Origin: an uncultured Candidatus Actinomarina sp.
GTDB taxonomy: Bacteria; Actinomycetota; Acidimicrobiia; Actinomarinales; Actinomarinaceae
Assembly: GCA_902619825.1 (NCBI GenBank)
Contig: CACNFT010000003.1
Coordinates: forward strand, 10,473 to 74,472
Reading direction: 5' to 3'
DNA length: 64,000 bases
Part shown: positions 21,540 through 31,822 of the stretch, in pieces
Layout of the letters: each line of letters opens with the position of its first letter
How positions within the stretch are numbered: the first letter of the stretch is position 1
Made by a program: the position numbers and the translations under genes
The notes under the pieces: generated by a model
What the model was told of the DNA's origin: nothing
The model's database searches: none
Seen by the model: the letters and a program-made list of their open reading frames with translations, nothing else

Positions 21540-21819
21540 TTTTCTTAAACATTTCTAGTATTCGGCCAGTTACTGAAAACCCTCCAACAATATTGAGGGT
21601 TGCAAATGATATTGCAATTAAAACGATAATTTGAAGTATTTGAGATTCTCTTACTTCTGGGTATATCAGAATTGCTGCAATTAATGTAATTCCTGAAATA
21701 GCATTTGAACCAGACATAAGTGGTGTGTGTAGTGTCTGAGGAATTTTAGATATAAGTTCGTACCCAATAAAGCTTGCTAAAAAAGTTATTAACAATGTAA
21801 GTAAGAAAGTTGCTTCCAT
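21532..21819 (-). CDS. pntAB: NAD(P) transhydrogenase alpha subunit, membrane part
   Basis: LHTPLMSGSNAISG, NIVGGF. Confidence 0.93.
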   Translation of the reverse strand: MEATFLLTLLITFLASFIGYELISKIPQTLHTPLMSGSNAISGITLIAAILIYPEVRESQILQIIVLIAISFATLNIVGGFSVTGRILEMFKKND

Positions 21820-22832
21820 TATGAACTCATCTCTGTAAAAATCTCATCATCACTGTTCTCTATGTATAGTTCGATTAAATTTCTAACATTCTCCGAATAA
21901 AGCTTTGTTGCTGCATGTTTTACGGAATTTAGAATGTCTGTTTCACCAACTATTTTTACACCATTTAATTCAACAACTTTATTCACCACAGTACCTTCAC
22001 AGTTTCCACCTGTACCGGCTGCTAAATCGATAATCACAGAATTCTTTTTCATCTTTTCAATGGTTGACTTTTCGATTAAGACAGGTGCTTTTTTTCCTGG
22101 TATTTGAGCAAATGTTAAAACAATATCACTATCAATTACTTGTTTCTTTAATGCTTCTTGAATTTTCTGATTTTCTTCTTCAGAGACCTCTTGCGCATAA
22201 ACACTGTCTTGTGCTTCAGTGTTGGCTTCTACAAATTTAGCACCCAGAGATTCCACTTGATCCTTGGCTTCTTTTCTAATATCGAAAGCCCAAACTCTAG
22301 CACCAAGTCTTTTTGCAGTTGCAATTGCTTGAAGGCCTGCAACCCCAACTCCTAAAATCAGGACCTTGGAAGGTTGAATATTTCCTGCAGCAGTTGTCAT
22401 CATTGGTACTACATCAGATGTCTCTTTTGCAGCTCTTAAAACTGATGCGTATCCAAGCAAGTTAGCTTGAGAAGATAGAGCATCTAAATTTTGAGCTCGT
22501 GAAATTCTAGGTAGTTTGAAGAAACTCAATATCTTGATATCAGGTCTTAATTTTTTAATTTCTTCGATCTTTTCGAAATCAAATATGCCAATAAGGACTG
22601 CTCCTTCCTTCAAACCCTTAATTGTTTTATTTTCAATATTTTCTACGCAGGCGATAACATCTAAATCACTTAATTTAGAAATAGTCTTTACATTTTCTTG
22701 TTTAGAATCTGGATAATTAAGGTAATCAAATATATTTTTTTCTAAATGCAGGTCCATAGAATATTTCTCAAAAGATTCAGGGTGTATTGGAGCCCTATAT
22801 CCATCAACATCTGTTAAAAACCCAATATTCAT
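21819..22832 (-). CDS. pntAA: NAD(P) transhydrogenase alpha subunit, NAD(H)-binding part
   Basis: PRISRAQ.LDALSSQ, MMTTAAG, GVGVAGLQAI, GGNCE. Confidence 0.93.
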   Translation of the reverse strand: MNIGFLTDVDGYRAPIHPESFEKYSMDLHLEKNIFDYLNYPDSKQENVKTISKLSDLDVIACVENIENKTIKGLKEGAVLIGIFDFEKIEEIKKLRPDIKILSFFKLPRISRAQNLDALSSQANLLGYASVLRAAKETSDVVPMMTTAAGNIQPSKVLILGVGVAGLQAIATAKRLGARVWAFDIRKEAKDQVESLGAKFVEANTEAQDSVYAQEVSEEENQKIQEALKKQVIDSDIVLTFAQIPGKKAPVLIEKSTIEKMKKNSVIIDLAAGTGGNCEGTVVNKVVELNGVKIVGETDILNSVKHAATKLYSENVRNLIELYIENSDDEIFTEMSS

Positions 22833-22880
22833 TATTTTATTTTATTCCTATTAAGAGTTATATATAAATAAACTTAAAAG

Positions 22881-23921
22881 ATGAGAATTGCTGTATTTGC
22901 TGATAAATTTTCTGGAACACTTACATCCGATGAAGTTATTGGTGAGATAAAAAAGATATTTAAATATAACAATATTAAATCATCATTCTTTCCAGTTACA
23001 GATGGTGGTGAGAACTCAACAGAGATATTTAAAGAATATGGTTTTGAAACACAACAGATGTCTATGAAACAAGATTTTTCTGGCAAATGGTTGCCTGTCG
23101 AGACTTTAAAAGTAAATAAAAATATATACATTGAAACCTCTCAGCTAATAGGTATAAAAAATACAAATGATTTATCTTTAGATCTAAATACATCATGCCT
23201 TGCAAAAATAATTGAGGATGTAGATATTTTATCAATGGGAGGCTCTAGAACAAATGACGCTGGAATAGGTTTACTCAGCAAAATGGGAATTGATTTTCTA
23301 AATAATAAAGATGTAATAGAAGATCCAAAGCCAAAAGATTTCAAATTAATAAACAATATAAAAATTAATGAGAGTTTTAAAAAACTTAATAAAAAAGTTT
23401 TAATCGATACAAATATTCCACTACTTGGTAACAACAATGCTTTTAAAGTATTTGGACCTCAAAAAGGGTTGGCAAATAGTGAAATTAAATTTTTGGAAAA
23501 AAATGTTGAGAGAATTTTGAATTTACTTTCTAATGAAATGGATAGTTCATTAGATCCATTTAAAGAAGGGACTGGTGCCTCTGGTGGTTTAAGTTTTGCA
23601 TTGGGTGAGGTACTTGGATGTGAAATAATCTCAGGTCCTCAATTCTTTTTAAATGAGACAAAACTATTAAGTAAAATAAATGATTTTGAAATTGCGATCT
23701 TATGTGAAGGAAAATTTGATTTTTCATCTATGAATGGAAAAGTTCTTGGAGAGATTTTAAAGCTTCATACTGGGCAGACTTATTTTTTAGGTGGCAAGTT
23801 TGACTACAATGATGAAAGTATCTTTACAGATACATTTGAATTAGGTAATAAAGGTATGAAAAATTCAAAAAAAGCATTAAGAGATTCGGCATATACATTG
23901 GCTAAAAAGATAGGTAAATAG
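22881..23921 (+). CDS. Glycerate kinase family protein
   Basis: DKFSGTL, DGGE, GGSRTNDAG, FGPQKG, GASGG, EGKFD. Confidence 0.85.
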   Translation: MRIAVFADKFSGTLTSDEVIGEIKKIFKYNNIKSSFFPVTDGGENSTEIFKEYGFETQQMSMKQDFSGKWLPVETLKVNKNIYIETSQLIGIKNTNDLSLDLNTSCLAKIIEDVDILSMGGSRTNDAGIGLLSKMGIDFLNNKDVIEDPKPKDFKLINNIKINESFKKLNKKVLIDTNIPLLGNNNAFKVFGPQKGLANSEIKFLEKNVERILNLLSNEMDSSLDPFKEGTGASGGLSFALGEVLGCEIISGPQFFLNETKLLSKINDFEIAILCEGKFDFSSMNGKVLGEILKLHTGQTYFLGGKFDYNDESIFTDTFELGNKGMKNSKKALRDSAYTLAKKIGK

Positions 23922-23922
23922 G

Positions 23923-24171
23923 ATGACTATTACCTCTCCCTGTATAAATGTTTGTGTGACTGATCCAGATACTGATTTGTGTTACGGGTGTTCAAGAACA
24001 TCAAAAGAAATTAAAGAATGGTCAAAATATAACGATGAAGAACAATTAAAAGTTATTGAAATAAGTCGTAACAGAATGGATGGGTGGCAACGTAAAGCAT
24101 TTGATAAAGCATATAAAGAAAAAGTTGAGACCGGAACAAGTCCTTTAAAAAAACAGAAATTACAGGATTAG
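23923..24171 (+). CDS. DUF1289 family Cys-rich small protein
   Basis: SPCINVC...CYGCSRT..EI..W. Confidence 0.85.
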   Translation: MTITSPCINVCVTDPDTDLCYGCSRTSKEIKEWSKYNDEEQLKVIEISRNRMDGWQRKAFDKAYKEKVETGTSPLKKQKLQD

Positions 24172-25877
24172 AAACCTGGTTCTTCCAAACCAAGACTTAG
24201 GTAGACCATCCTTAACAAGTCTTTAAATGCTTGGTCAAAATAGTAATCAACTGTAGAGTCTTGGTCTAATCCATACCACCAAAACCAGTCTGAGCCTTCG
24301 GCTAACAACATGTATTCGTACGCTTGGTTTATTTGTTCATCAGAGTAATCTCCTGATTTTTTTGCCTCTTCAAAATCTATTCTGGTTTGATAAAGAAGAT
24401 CCCAAGCCTGATTTTCATCAGTCTCACCAATCCAGGTTGCAAAATTTGGTTGGAACCAAGATGAAGGATAAAGTTCATCGATCGTATCAAGACTGTCACC
24501 ATACATTTTCAAATAATCACTAGGAGTTATAGTCTCTAACCAATCATATTTTGTAAGGACTGTATACATTCCATTTAAAAAGTCGATGCCATCATTTGGA
24601 TAGTTCTCCCAAAAATTTTCACCATCAGCAATTATTGAAACAACTGGAACAAAATCTAACTCAGAAGTTTTTTCACGTAATTTTAAAATCGTATTTTCAA
24701 ATTCTTTAACAGAGAGGTCTGACCTTTTTTCTGAGTAATCAAACATTTTGTCAGATAGATAATTATCTCTAAAAAATATTGGTATTTTTTCACCATTAGA
24801 CAGTACTGTGTTCCAGGGTCGATATAATAATTCTGGCTTAGAAGCTACTCCCCCAACCCATCTTTGAATTTTTACATCTAGTGATTTCTCTAAAGGGTTT
24901 TGTCCAGTTGCTATCCAAGAAATATCTTCATCGTTGAAATATTGAAGGACTTCCTGGGCAACTGCACCTTCAGCTGGCCACATGCCATTGGGATAAAATC
25001 CAAAATTTTCAAAGAAGATATCTTTTCCCTTCTTAACATGGGCTCTCGCATCATCTTCAAAATTAAAAGTATTATTTGGAAAATCTGATACTGTATCTCC
25101 TTTTTTTCCCAAATCTGAGTTATGTATTAAGGGTAAAATAGGATGTGCAAATGGTGTTGTAATCAGCTCTATGTGATTATTTTTATATGCATAAAGATGT
25201 TCAGGTATAACTTTATCAATGAGTTCATTGTGAATTTCAAGAATTATTTTTTTATCTGCTTCAGAAAAATTACTACCTTTTTCTACAATCTTATTCAATG
25301 GATCTAATGATAGATATTTTGGATCAGTCCATCCAAGATTAAATAGAACTTGAAGATCAATATAGTCCTGTGTGGTCCAGTCTTGAGGATTTTGTCTAAG
25401 GTTTCTGAGTTCAACAAAGCGAGGATATGTATTAATGATTCTTGAGTTGATATCAAAAAATCTGTCTCTTAGAAAATCTTTTTGTTCGTCTGTAAGCTTG
25501 TCAGCTTCAACCTCTGTATGAACCCAATAGATATCTCTAGATCCATTTGAGAGCTCATTTAATTGATTCATTAATGTTGGTGTCAAATTAAACGTAACCC
25601 GAAGTCCTTCAAAATCTTGGACCATTTCAACCATATCAAGATAATCTTTTGTTGCGTGAAGTCGGACCCATGGCTTTGAAAAATTTCCATCAGTGTCTTT
25701 AGGATAATAGGGCTGATGCTGATGCCACAGTAACATCACATAAAGCTCTGGGGAGTCTTTTGTTTCTTCAATTATTAACTCTGTTGTTGGGGTAATTACT
25801 TCTTCTACCGTTTCATTACTTGAAGTTTGAGAACAAAAAGTAAAAAAGAGTATCAACAATATTGAATACTTTTTCAT
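24168..25877 (-). CDS. Glycoside hydrolase family 57 (amylopullulanase-like), probable lipoprotein
   Basis: [22 protein letters not shown] (Glu), ADGENFWE (Asp), AEGSDWFWW; signal peptide ending in Cys. Confidence 0.9.
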
Positions 25878-25899
25878 TTGGCAATTATAAAATAATTAT

Positions 25900-26862
25900 T
25901 TAAGAGAATAAAGATTTAAGCAATTCTTTGTCAGGAATTGTAAAGATTTTTTCAATAGTGTTAACATACAATTCAAAAGCTAAGGGTAGTTCTGATCTAA
26001 CTTCGTTTATTGTGCTGATTTCAAATTCACCATGAGGTAAATCAAATATATCACCATAACCCCAAGAGGTAACTATTACCCAAAAAGAAAATTCTTGAAC
26101 AGTAACTCTGTTATATCCCTCTATGTCTCCATTGTTTTTTATTTCTTCATAAGTAGAAATATCATAGATATTTTTTTCAACAGCTTCATTCATTGCCTTA
26201 TGAATCTTAGAATTTGTATCTTCCCAGCTCCATTCAGGAAACTCTAGGAGCAATCCTGCACCTGTAATTGTATGTAGTAAATGCTCGACAACTTCTCCAA
26301 CTGTACCAATTGTATTTGCATCTTTATATTCCCAAATAAAATCTGTGTGGTTATCTTCATACCCATTACCCGGACAGCAGTCTACAGATGGATTTGGCGA
26401 ATCAAAATTATAATATTCTGGGCCTTCAAAACCAACTCTCTGAAAAACCTTTTCATTATCAACAGAATTTAAATATCTTGATCTAAGGCTGTTGTCTATA
26501 TTATCTCCTTGTTGTAACATTTGAAAATATGTTTCTGCAACTTTATACATATATTCATCGGAAACTTCAGGAAGAGCAAAAATTCTTAATCCCGCGACAT
26601 CAACATATTTTTGATAATCCCTAAATGATGTGTCAATTACTATTTCACCAATTGAAATTACATTTTCAGAACTGTAATCTTCACTCTCTTCATTAACTTC
26701 TTCAATTGTTGTTGTTGTAGAATCATCATTTTCTTTTTGTTGTTCAGTAGTTGTTGTTGGTTCATCTGAGTTACTGCTTGTATTTTCGGTAACTTCAACA
26801 TCTCCTTCACCTGCTCCACAAGCTATAAAAAAGATTAAAAATAAAATTGTCTTGAGCTTCAT
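25900..26862 (-). CDS. Acidic putative lipoprotein of unknown function
   Basis: From ATG 26862: MKLKTILFLIFFIAC lipobox, Thr/Glu-rich linker, EVVEHLLH motif. Confidence 0.7.
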   Translation of the reverse strand: MKLKTILFLIFFIACGAGEGDVEVTENTSSNSDEPTTTTEQQKENDDSTTTTIEEVNEESEDYSSENVISIGEIVIDTSFRDYQKYVDVAGLRIFALPEVSDEYMYKVAETYFQMLQQGDNIDNSLRSRYLNSVDNEKVFQRVGFEGPEYYNFDSPNPSVDCCPGNGYEDNHTDFIWEYKDANTIGTVGEVVEHLLHTITGAGLLLEFPEWSWEDTNSKIHKAMNEAVEKNIYDISTYEEIKNNGDIEGYNRVTVQEFSFWVIVTSWGYGDIFDLPHGEFEISTINEVRSELPLAFELYVNTIEKIFTIPDKELLKSLFS

Positions 26863-26904
26863 ACAAAGATTGTAACTAGCTTTAATAACGATATCATTGT
26901 CTTT

Positions 26905-27396
26905 ATGATTGAAATACATAAAACAATTGAAAAAATATTTGAAAGCAATAAAGACAAGCTAGATGCTTTTGAATGTAAGGACGAATTTTCTGATACACAA
27001 AGTTTTTGTGACCATTATGGATTTAAAATTGAAGATTCTTGTAATGCAATATTACTCAAATCAAAAAAACCAGAAGAATTTTATGGGTTGTTTTGTGTTT
27101 TAGGATCAGACAGATTGGATGTCAATCATAAAGCTAAAAGCTTATTAGGTGCAAAAAAAGTAAGTTTTGCTTCAAGAGAAGAAGCTGAGATAATTACTAA
27201 TCAAATTTACGGAGGTATAAGTCCTCTCGGCTTACCAGAGGAAATAAAGGTATATATTGATGAGAATGTAATGTTGAGAAATAAAGTCTTTATCGGTGGT
27301 GGTAATAGGATAAGTAAATTTTTTCTTAAGCCTTCTGATTTAAAAGATTTAACTAATGGAGAGGTTGCAGAGCTAACTCAATCCATCTCTACATAA
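26905..27396 (+). CDS. YbaK/EbsC aminoacyl-tRNA editing family protein
   Basis: KKVSFAS, GGISPLG, IGGGNR. Confidence 0.85.
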   Translation: MIEIHKTIEKIFESNKDKLDAFECKDEFSDTQSFCDHYGFKIEDSCNAILLKSKKPEEFYGLFCVLGSDRLDVNHKAKSLLGAKKVSFASREEAEIITNQIYGGISPLGLPEEIKVYIDENVMLRNKVFIGGGNRISKFFLKPSDLKDLTNGEVAELTQSIST

Positions 27397-27810
27397 ACTT
27401 GCTGCTTGAGGAGAGAAAGCTTTACCGTTCAAACCAGGAAATCTACCAGCCTGTAAATAATATTTTAAGAAAGTTCTAACATTTCTAAAATCATCATTTG
27501 AAATCTCCTGAGGTGTTGTCAAAACATTTAATGGATTTGGTAAATTCCTCTCTAAAAAAGATTTTTGTTCACTATCCAACTTTTCAACATATTCAGAAAG
27601 TAGAGATATTGTTACTTCATAGTCTTCAATTACATTAATACAGTTTTCATATTCATTGGCAGAAAGAGGGCTAACATCGACATCATAGTCTGCCCTATAT
27701 TGAAAAAATAAAACTATAACGACAAACAATATCAAAGTGTAGAAAAATATTTTAATTGGAAAAAAAATTACTTTTCTAATTGGCCAAAGAATTGCTTTGA
27801 TTATCCTCAC
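27373..27810 (-). CDS. Hypothetical membrane-anchored protein
   Basis: 145-aa ORF, N-terminal hydrophobic helix, abuts upstream gene. Confidence 0.55.
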   Translation of the reverse strand: MRIIKAILWPIRKVIFFPIKIFFYTLILFVVIVLFFQYRADYDVDVSPLSANEYENCINVIEDYEVTISLLSEYVEKLDSEQKSFLERNLPNPLNVLTTPQEISNDDFRNVRTFLKYYLQAGRFPGLNGKAFSPQAASLCRDGLS

Positions 27811-27814
27811 AAAT

Positions 27815-28615
27815 TTATTGTAATGTAATTACAAGACACTGACACGCACCACCAGATTTAAGAAATTCTGAAACATTTGATATCTCAATATTGCATCCTA
27901 AATCAGCGACAGTTTCAATAATGTCTATATCATCAGATGGAAAGATTACAGATTCATTTATTACAAAACTGTTACAGGCAAGTTTATTTGCATCGTTTTC
28001 ACCTACTGGAATTAAATTAAATAAATCTGAAAATTCACTTAAAGAAGAATCCTCAAATGCTTCCGGATAAAAAATTGCGTCGTTATTATTTGTTGGAAGG
28101 TTCTGAAAACAAGTATCAAGATGATAAAATTTTTCATCAACTAACTTTACAATTTTTGGTTTAAGCTCAAATTGTTCTGCTATGTAAATTAAAGCCTCTT
28201 TATCACTTCTAACACCATATGATCCGATTAAATATTCACCATAAACAAAAGCATCCCCACGCCCTTCAAATTTATACTCTGAAGGAATACGGGCGACATC
28301 ATAACCATTTTTTTTGAACCAGTTCTCATAAATGATTTCTTCTCCCCGTCTTTCTTGAAATTTAAAGTTTGATATAAGAACTGACTTGTCTTTTATAATG
28401 CCTGAGTTTGCCGTAAAGACTAAGTCTGGATAAACAGTATTTCCTGGAATAACTTTAACTTCAGCTCCACACTTTTCAATAGTTGATTTAAGTCCACTCC
28501 ATTGGTCTTTTGCTAGCTCTAGATTGACCTCTACACCTTCAATCATCCATGGGTTAATTGAATACTCTAGTCTAAAATACTCTGGGGAACTCATTAAAAC
28601 AGCGCTATTTTGCAT
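27815..28615 (-). CDS. Amidinotransferase/dimethylargininase-like guanidino-group modifying enzyme
   Basis: YSINPWM, PDLVFTAN, FEGRGD, FYHLDTC, SEFLKSGGACQCL. Confidence 0.85.
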   Translation of the reverse strand: MQNSAVLMSSPEYFRLEYSINPWMIEGVEVNLELAKDQWSGLKSTIEKCGAEVKVIPGNTVYPDLVFTANSGIIKDKSVLISNFKFQERRGEEIIYENWFKKNGYDVARIPSEYKFEGRGDAFVYGEYLIGSYGVRSDKEALIYIAEQFELKPKIVKLVDEKFYHLDTCFQNLPTNNNDAIFYPEAFEDSSLSEFSDLFNLIPVGENDANKLACNSFVINESVIFPSDDIDIIETVADLGCNIEISNVSEFLKSGGACQCLVITLQ

Positions 28616-28659
28616 GTAAACAGTTTACAATTTTATACATTAAATGTATATTTTCATAC

Positions 28660-29175
28660 ATGGATAACATCAAGCTTTTACCTATTGATAATTCAAATCT
28701 TGAGATTTGTCATACTATAAACCAAGACAATGTACCCAATGTAGGAACAACAACTTTTGAAGAGTTTGAAGCATTGGTAGAAAACTCTGACTTTCAAAGA
28801 TGTATCATTCATGAAAACAAAGTTGTTGGATTTATTATTTGTTTTCAGGATTCATCAAAAACAAAATCATTCATGTATAACCTAAAACATAAAAATTTTA
28901 ATGAATTTAGAAATCGTTTAAAAAATTTTATGTACATCGATCGAGTTGCAGTTGATATTGAATTTAGAAAAATTGGAATAGCATCATCAATGTATGAAAA
29001 ACTTCTTGAGTTTTGTTTAGAATCTAATATCGAAAATTTGACTGCAGAAATAAATATACTTCCTTCAAGAAATGAAGTATCTTTTAGTTTTCATGAAAAA
29101 TTTGATTTCGTTGAGATTGATACGAAAAAGTACTCCGATGATTATGAAGTTTCATTACAAAAGAGAATTCTTTAA
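28660..29175 (+). CDS. GNAT family N-acetyltransferase
   Basis: YIDRVAV...RKIGIA motif A, N..S..FHEK. Confidence 0.85.
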   Translation: MDNIKLLPIDNSNLEICHTINQDNVPNVGTTTFEEFEALVENSDFQRCIIHENKVVGFIICFQDSSKTKSFMYNLKHKNFNEFRNRLKNFMYIDRVAVDIEFRKIGIASSMYEKLLEFCLESNIENLTAEINILPSRNEVSFSFHEKFDFVEIDTKKYSDDYEVSLQKRIL

Positions 29176-29195
29176 GTATTAAGATATAAATATTA

Positions 29196-29474
29196 ATGAA
29201 ATTTAAATTACCTCGTAGACAAAGAAAAAGTTTTGAAACAATATCTGGAAAGCCTATAGACACTAACTTAAATAAAAAAGAAGCTCTTGAGATTTTTGAA
29301 ATGGTAAAAAATACTTACTCTATGGCTCCAAATACTTTTGGTTCTGCCAAAGGAAAAAAAGAAGAAGCATTAGAAATGTTAATGATAATAAGTGATCAAA
29401 TTTCAAAGGAGTATAAAGATTGTGAAGTTATTTGGAGGCAAGGTGTCCCAGAAATTACTAAGGTAAAAGATTAA
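29196..29474 (+). CDS. Hypothetical protein
   Basis: 92-aa ORF coupled (TAATG) to next gene. Confidence 0.6.
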   Translation: MKFKLPRRQRKSFETISGKPIDTNLNKKEALEIFEMVKNTYSMAPNTFGSAKGKKEEALEMLMIISDQISKEYKDCEVIWRQGVPEITKVKD

Positions 29475-30460
29475 TGAAAAAAGTTATTATCGATGCCGAT
29501 ACTGGGTCAGATGATGCTGTTGCCTTATTAATGGCATACAGAAACTTAGCAAAAGAGAATATATTAGGAGTTACACTCGTCTCAGGAAACGTTCCTCTTG
29601 ATCAGGCTGTTTTAAATACCATTTATGTCAATGAATTATGTGAAGTCGACATACCTATTTATAAAGGTGCTAACAAGCCATTAAATAGAGAATATCTAGA
29701 GGTTTTTGATTCAGAAACTGCAACAAACATTGCTCTAAGTTATACAAATGAGTCAACCTCAGCTCAGCACGTGCATGGTATTGATGGTCTCGGTGATATT
29801 GGGTTAACTCCTATAAATAAGGAAGTAGAAAGCAAAACTGCGGCTGAATTTTATAAAGAGGTTTTGGAAAACGAAACTGATTTAGAAATAGTAACTTTAG
29901 GTCCGTTAACAAATATTGCGAATATGATTGAAAAAAATAAAGAAAGTCTAGATTCAATAAAACATATTTACATAATGGGTGGAAGTTCAAATGCATTGGG
30001 TAATGTTACAAAATTTGCGGAATATAACTTTTGGGTTGATCCAGAAGCAGCAGATATAGTTCTCAATGCGGGAATACCTACAACAATGATTGGCTGGGAT
30101 CCTTCTTTATACGATGCAATGATTGACATAAATAAGATAAATGAAATTGAATCTTTAAATACAAAATTTTCTAAGTTTACAAATGATATTCAAGTTGTTT
30201 TAAGAGAAATGATGAAAGAATTGCTTAATCAGGATGCATATGATCTTCCTGATCCATTAGCTATGTCTGTATTTTTAGATGAAACGATAATTAGCCAATC
30301 AGCAGAAGCAAATGTAAGAGTTGATTTTCGTGATGGAATGACCAGAGGAGGATGTGTTATAGACTACATGAACATTGAGCCTGAAACACACAAGACAAGA
30401 ATTGTACAAAGGTGTAATCCTGATAAGTTTTTTGAATTATTAAAAAGCAGCTTAGTCTAG
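29474..30460 (+). CDS. Nucleoside hydrolase (IUNH family)
   Basis: DADTGSDDAVA, HGIDGLG, LGPLTN, AEYNFWVDPEAA. Confidence 0.93.
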   Translation: MKKVIIDADTGSDDAVALLMAYRNLAKENILGVTLVSGNVPLDQAVLNTIYVNELCEVDIPIYKGANKPLNREYLEVFDSETATNIALSYTNESTSAQHVHGIDGLGDIGLTPINKEVESKTAAEFYKEVLENETDLEIVTLGPLTNIANMIEKNKESLDSIKHIYIMGGSSNALGNVTKFAEYNFWVDPEAADIVLNAGIPTTMIGWDPSLYDAMIDINKINEIESLNTKFSKFTNDIQVVLREMMKELLNQDAYDLPDPLAMSVFLDETIISQSAEANVRVDFRDGMTRGGCVIDYMNIEPETHKTRIVQRCNPDKFFELLKSSLV

Positions 30461-30464
30461 TCTA

Positions 30465-31412
30465 TTATTCTTCTTTATCTTCAGATTCAGTCGAATCTTT
30501 GTTTTCATCCTTGAACAATTCTGAAATTGCTCCAATACTGCCCAAAGTTGCAGATAGATCTGCTGGCAAAAATATTTTTGTAGCATTTCCATCAGCAACT
30601 TTTTCAAGAGATTCTAGATATTTTATTGCTATCAAATCGTTTGAAGGATCACCTTCATGAATTGCATTGAAAACTTTTAATATAGCCTCAGCTTCACCTT
30701 CTGCTGTAACTACTCTTTCATACTTTTCAGCATCAGCAACTTGTTTTAATGCTTCAGCTTCACCTTGAGCACTTAAAATTTGTGACTCTCTTTCACCTTC
30801 TGCTGTCAAAATTGCAGCTCTTTTTTCACCTTCAGCTTCGGTAACAGCAGCTCTTCTATCCCTTTCAGCTTTCATAACTTTGTTCATTGCATCTTGAACA
30901 TCTTGAGGTGGATCAATTCTTTGAATTTCAACACGAACAACTCTAGTACCCCACTTATCTGTTGCTTCGTCAAGGATCAATTTTAAAGATGTATTAATAG
31001 TCTCTCTTGAAGTTAAAGCAGCATCTAATTCAAGATCACCAACGACATTTCTTAGGTTGGTTTGTGCTAATTTTGTTGCTGCAGTGATAAAATCTCCGAC
31101 GTTATATACAAGTTTTTTAGGATCAGTTGGTTCATAATAAATGACTGCATCAACAGTAATCGTTACATTGTCTTTTGTAATAACTTCTTGTGGTGGAACA
31201 TCGATAACTTGTTCCCTCATGTCTACAATGATTAATTTTTCAATCCCAGGAATTACAATGTTGAGTCCTGCGGTTGCCTCTCGATTATACTTACCAAATC
31301 TTTCAACTAATCCTTTCTCGAATGGTCTTAGAATTCTAAATATTCTGAATGCAATAAAGATTACAAGACCAAATAATATTACGCTTCTTACAATTGATAA
31401 TATAAATTCCAT
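30465..31412 (-). CDS. SPFH/band 7 (stomatin/QmcA-like) membrane protein
   Basis: VERFGKY, QEVITKDNV, MKAERDRRA, AEG repeats. Confidence 0.92.
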   Translation of the reverse strand: MEFILSIVRSVILFGLVIFIAFRIFRILRPFEKGLVERFGKYNREATAGLNIVIPGIEKLIIVDMREQVIDVPPQEVITKDNVTITVDAVIYYEPTDPKKLVYNVGDFITAATKLAQTNLRNVVGDLELDAALTSRETINTSLKLILDEATDKWGTRVVRVEIQRIDPPQDVQDAMNKVMKAERDRRAAVTEAEGEKRAAILTAEGERESQILSAQGEAEALKQVADAEKYERVVTAEGEAEAILKVFNAIHEGDPSNDLIAIKYLESLEKVADGNATKIFLPADLSATLGSIGAISELFKDENKDSTESEDKEE

Positions 31413-31453
31413 ACAACAATTCTATTCATGAAAGAGATATACGCTAATCGAGA

Positions 31454-31822
31454 TTAACTATTTGTTTCTTCTGTGTCTTTTTCTTCTTGTTCGTATCTAT
31501 TTAGAGCAAGCATAAACATAATAAAAAGTATTAAAGATCCGACAAAATAAGTAATTGGAATAATTCTTATTTCTAGAGCGTTTAGACCATCTATTGATGA
31601 TGGGGCTGGGCCCCTAGGAGCATAAAGTATAAACAGAAATGAATTAATAACTAGCCAACCAAAAGTTGCAGCTCCAACAACAAGGAAGCCAAGTCTTCTA
31701 CCTAAGTTTGTTGCGTTCAAAATAAAAGTTGATCCAAAAAATGAGAGAACAAAAAAAACAAAAAGAAAAATTCCTGTAAATGTCAAATTAGATGACAACA
31801 GGGTTCTCATTATTTCACGCAT
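31454..31822 (-). CDS. Small 3-TM protein, last gene of cytochrome b operon
   Basis: Hydrophobic, overlaps cytochrome c gene by 8 nt. Confidence 0.65.
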   Translation of the reverse strand: MREIMRTLLSSNLTFTGIFLFVFFVLSFFGSTFILNATNLGRRLGFLVVGAATFGWLVINSFLFILYAPRGPAPSSIDGLNALEIRIIPITYFVGSLILFIMFMLALNRYEQEEKDTEETNS

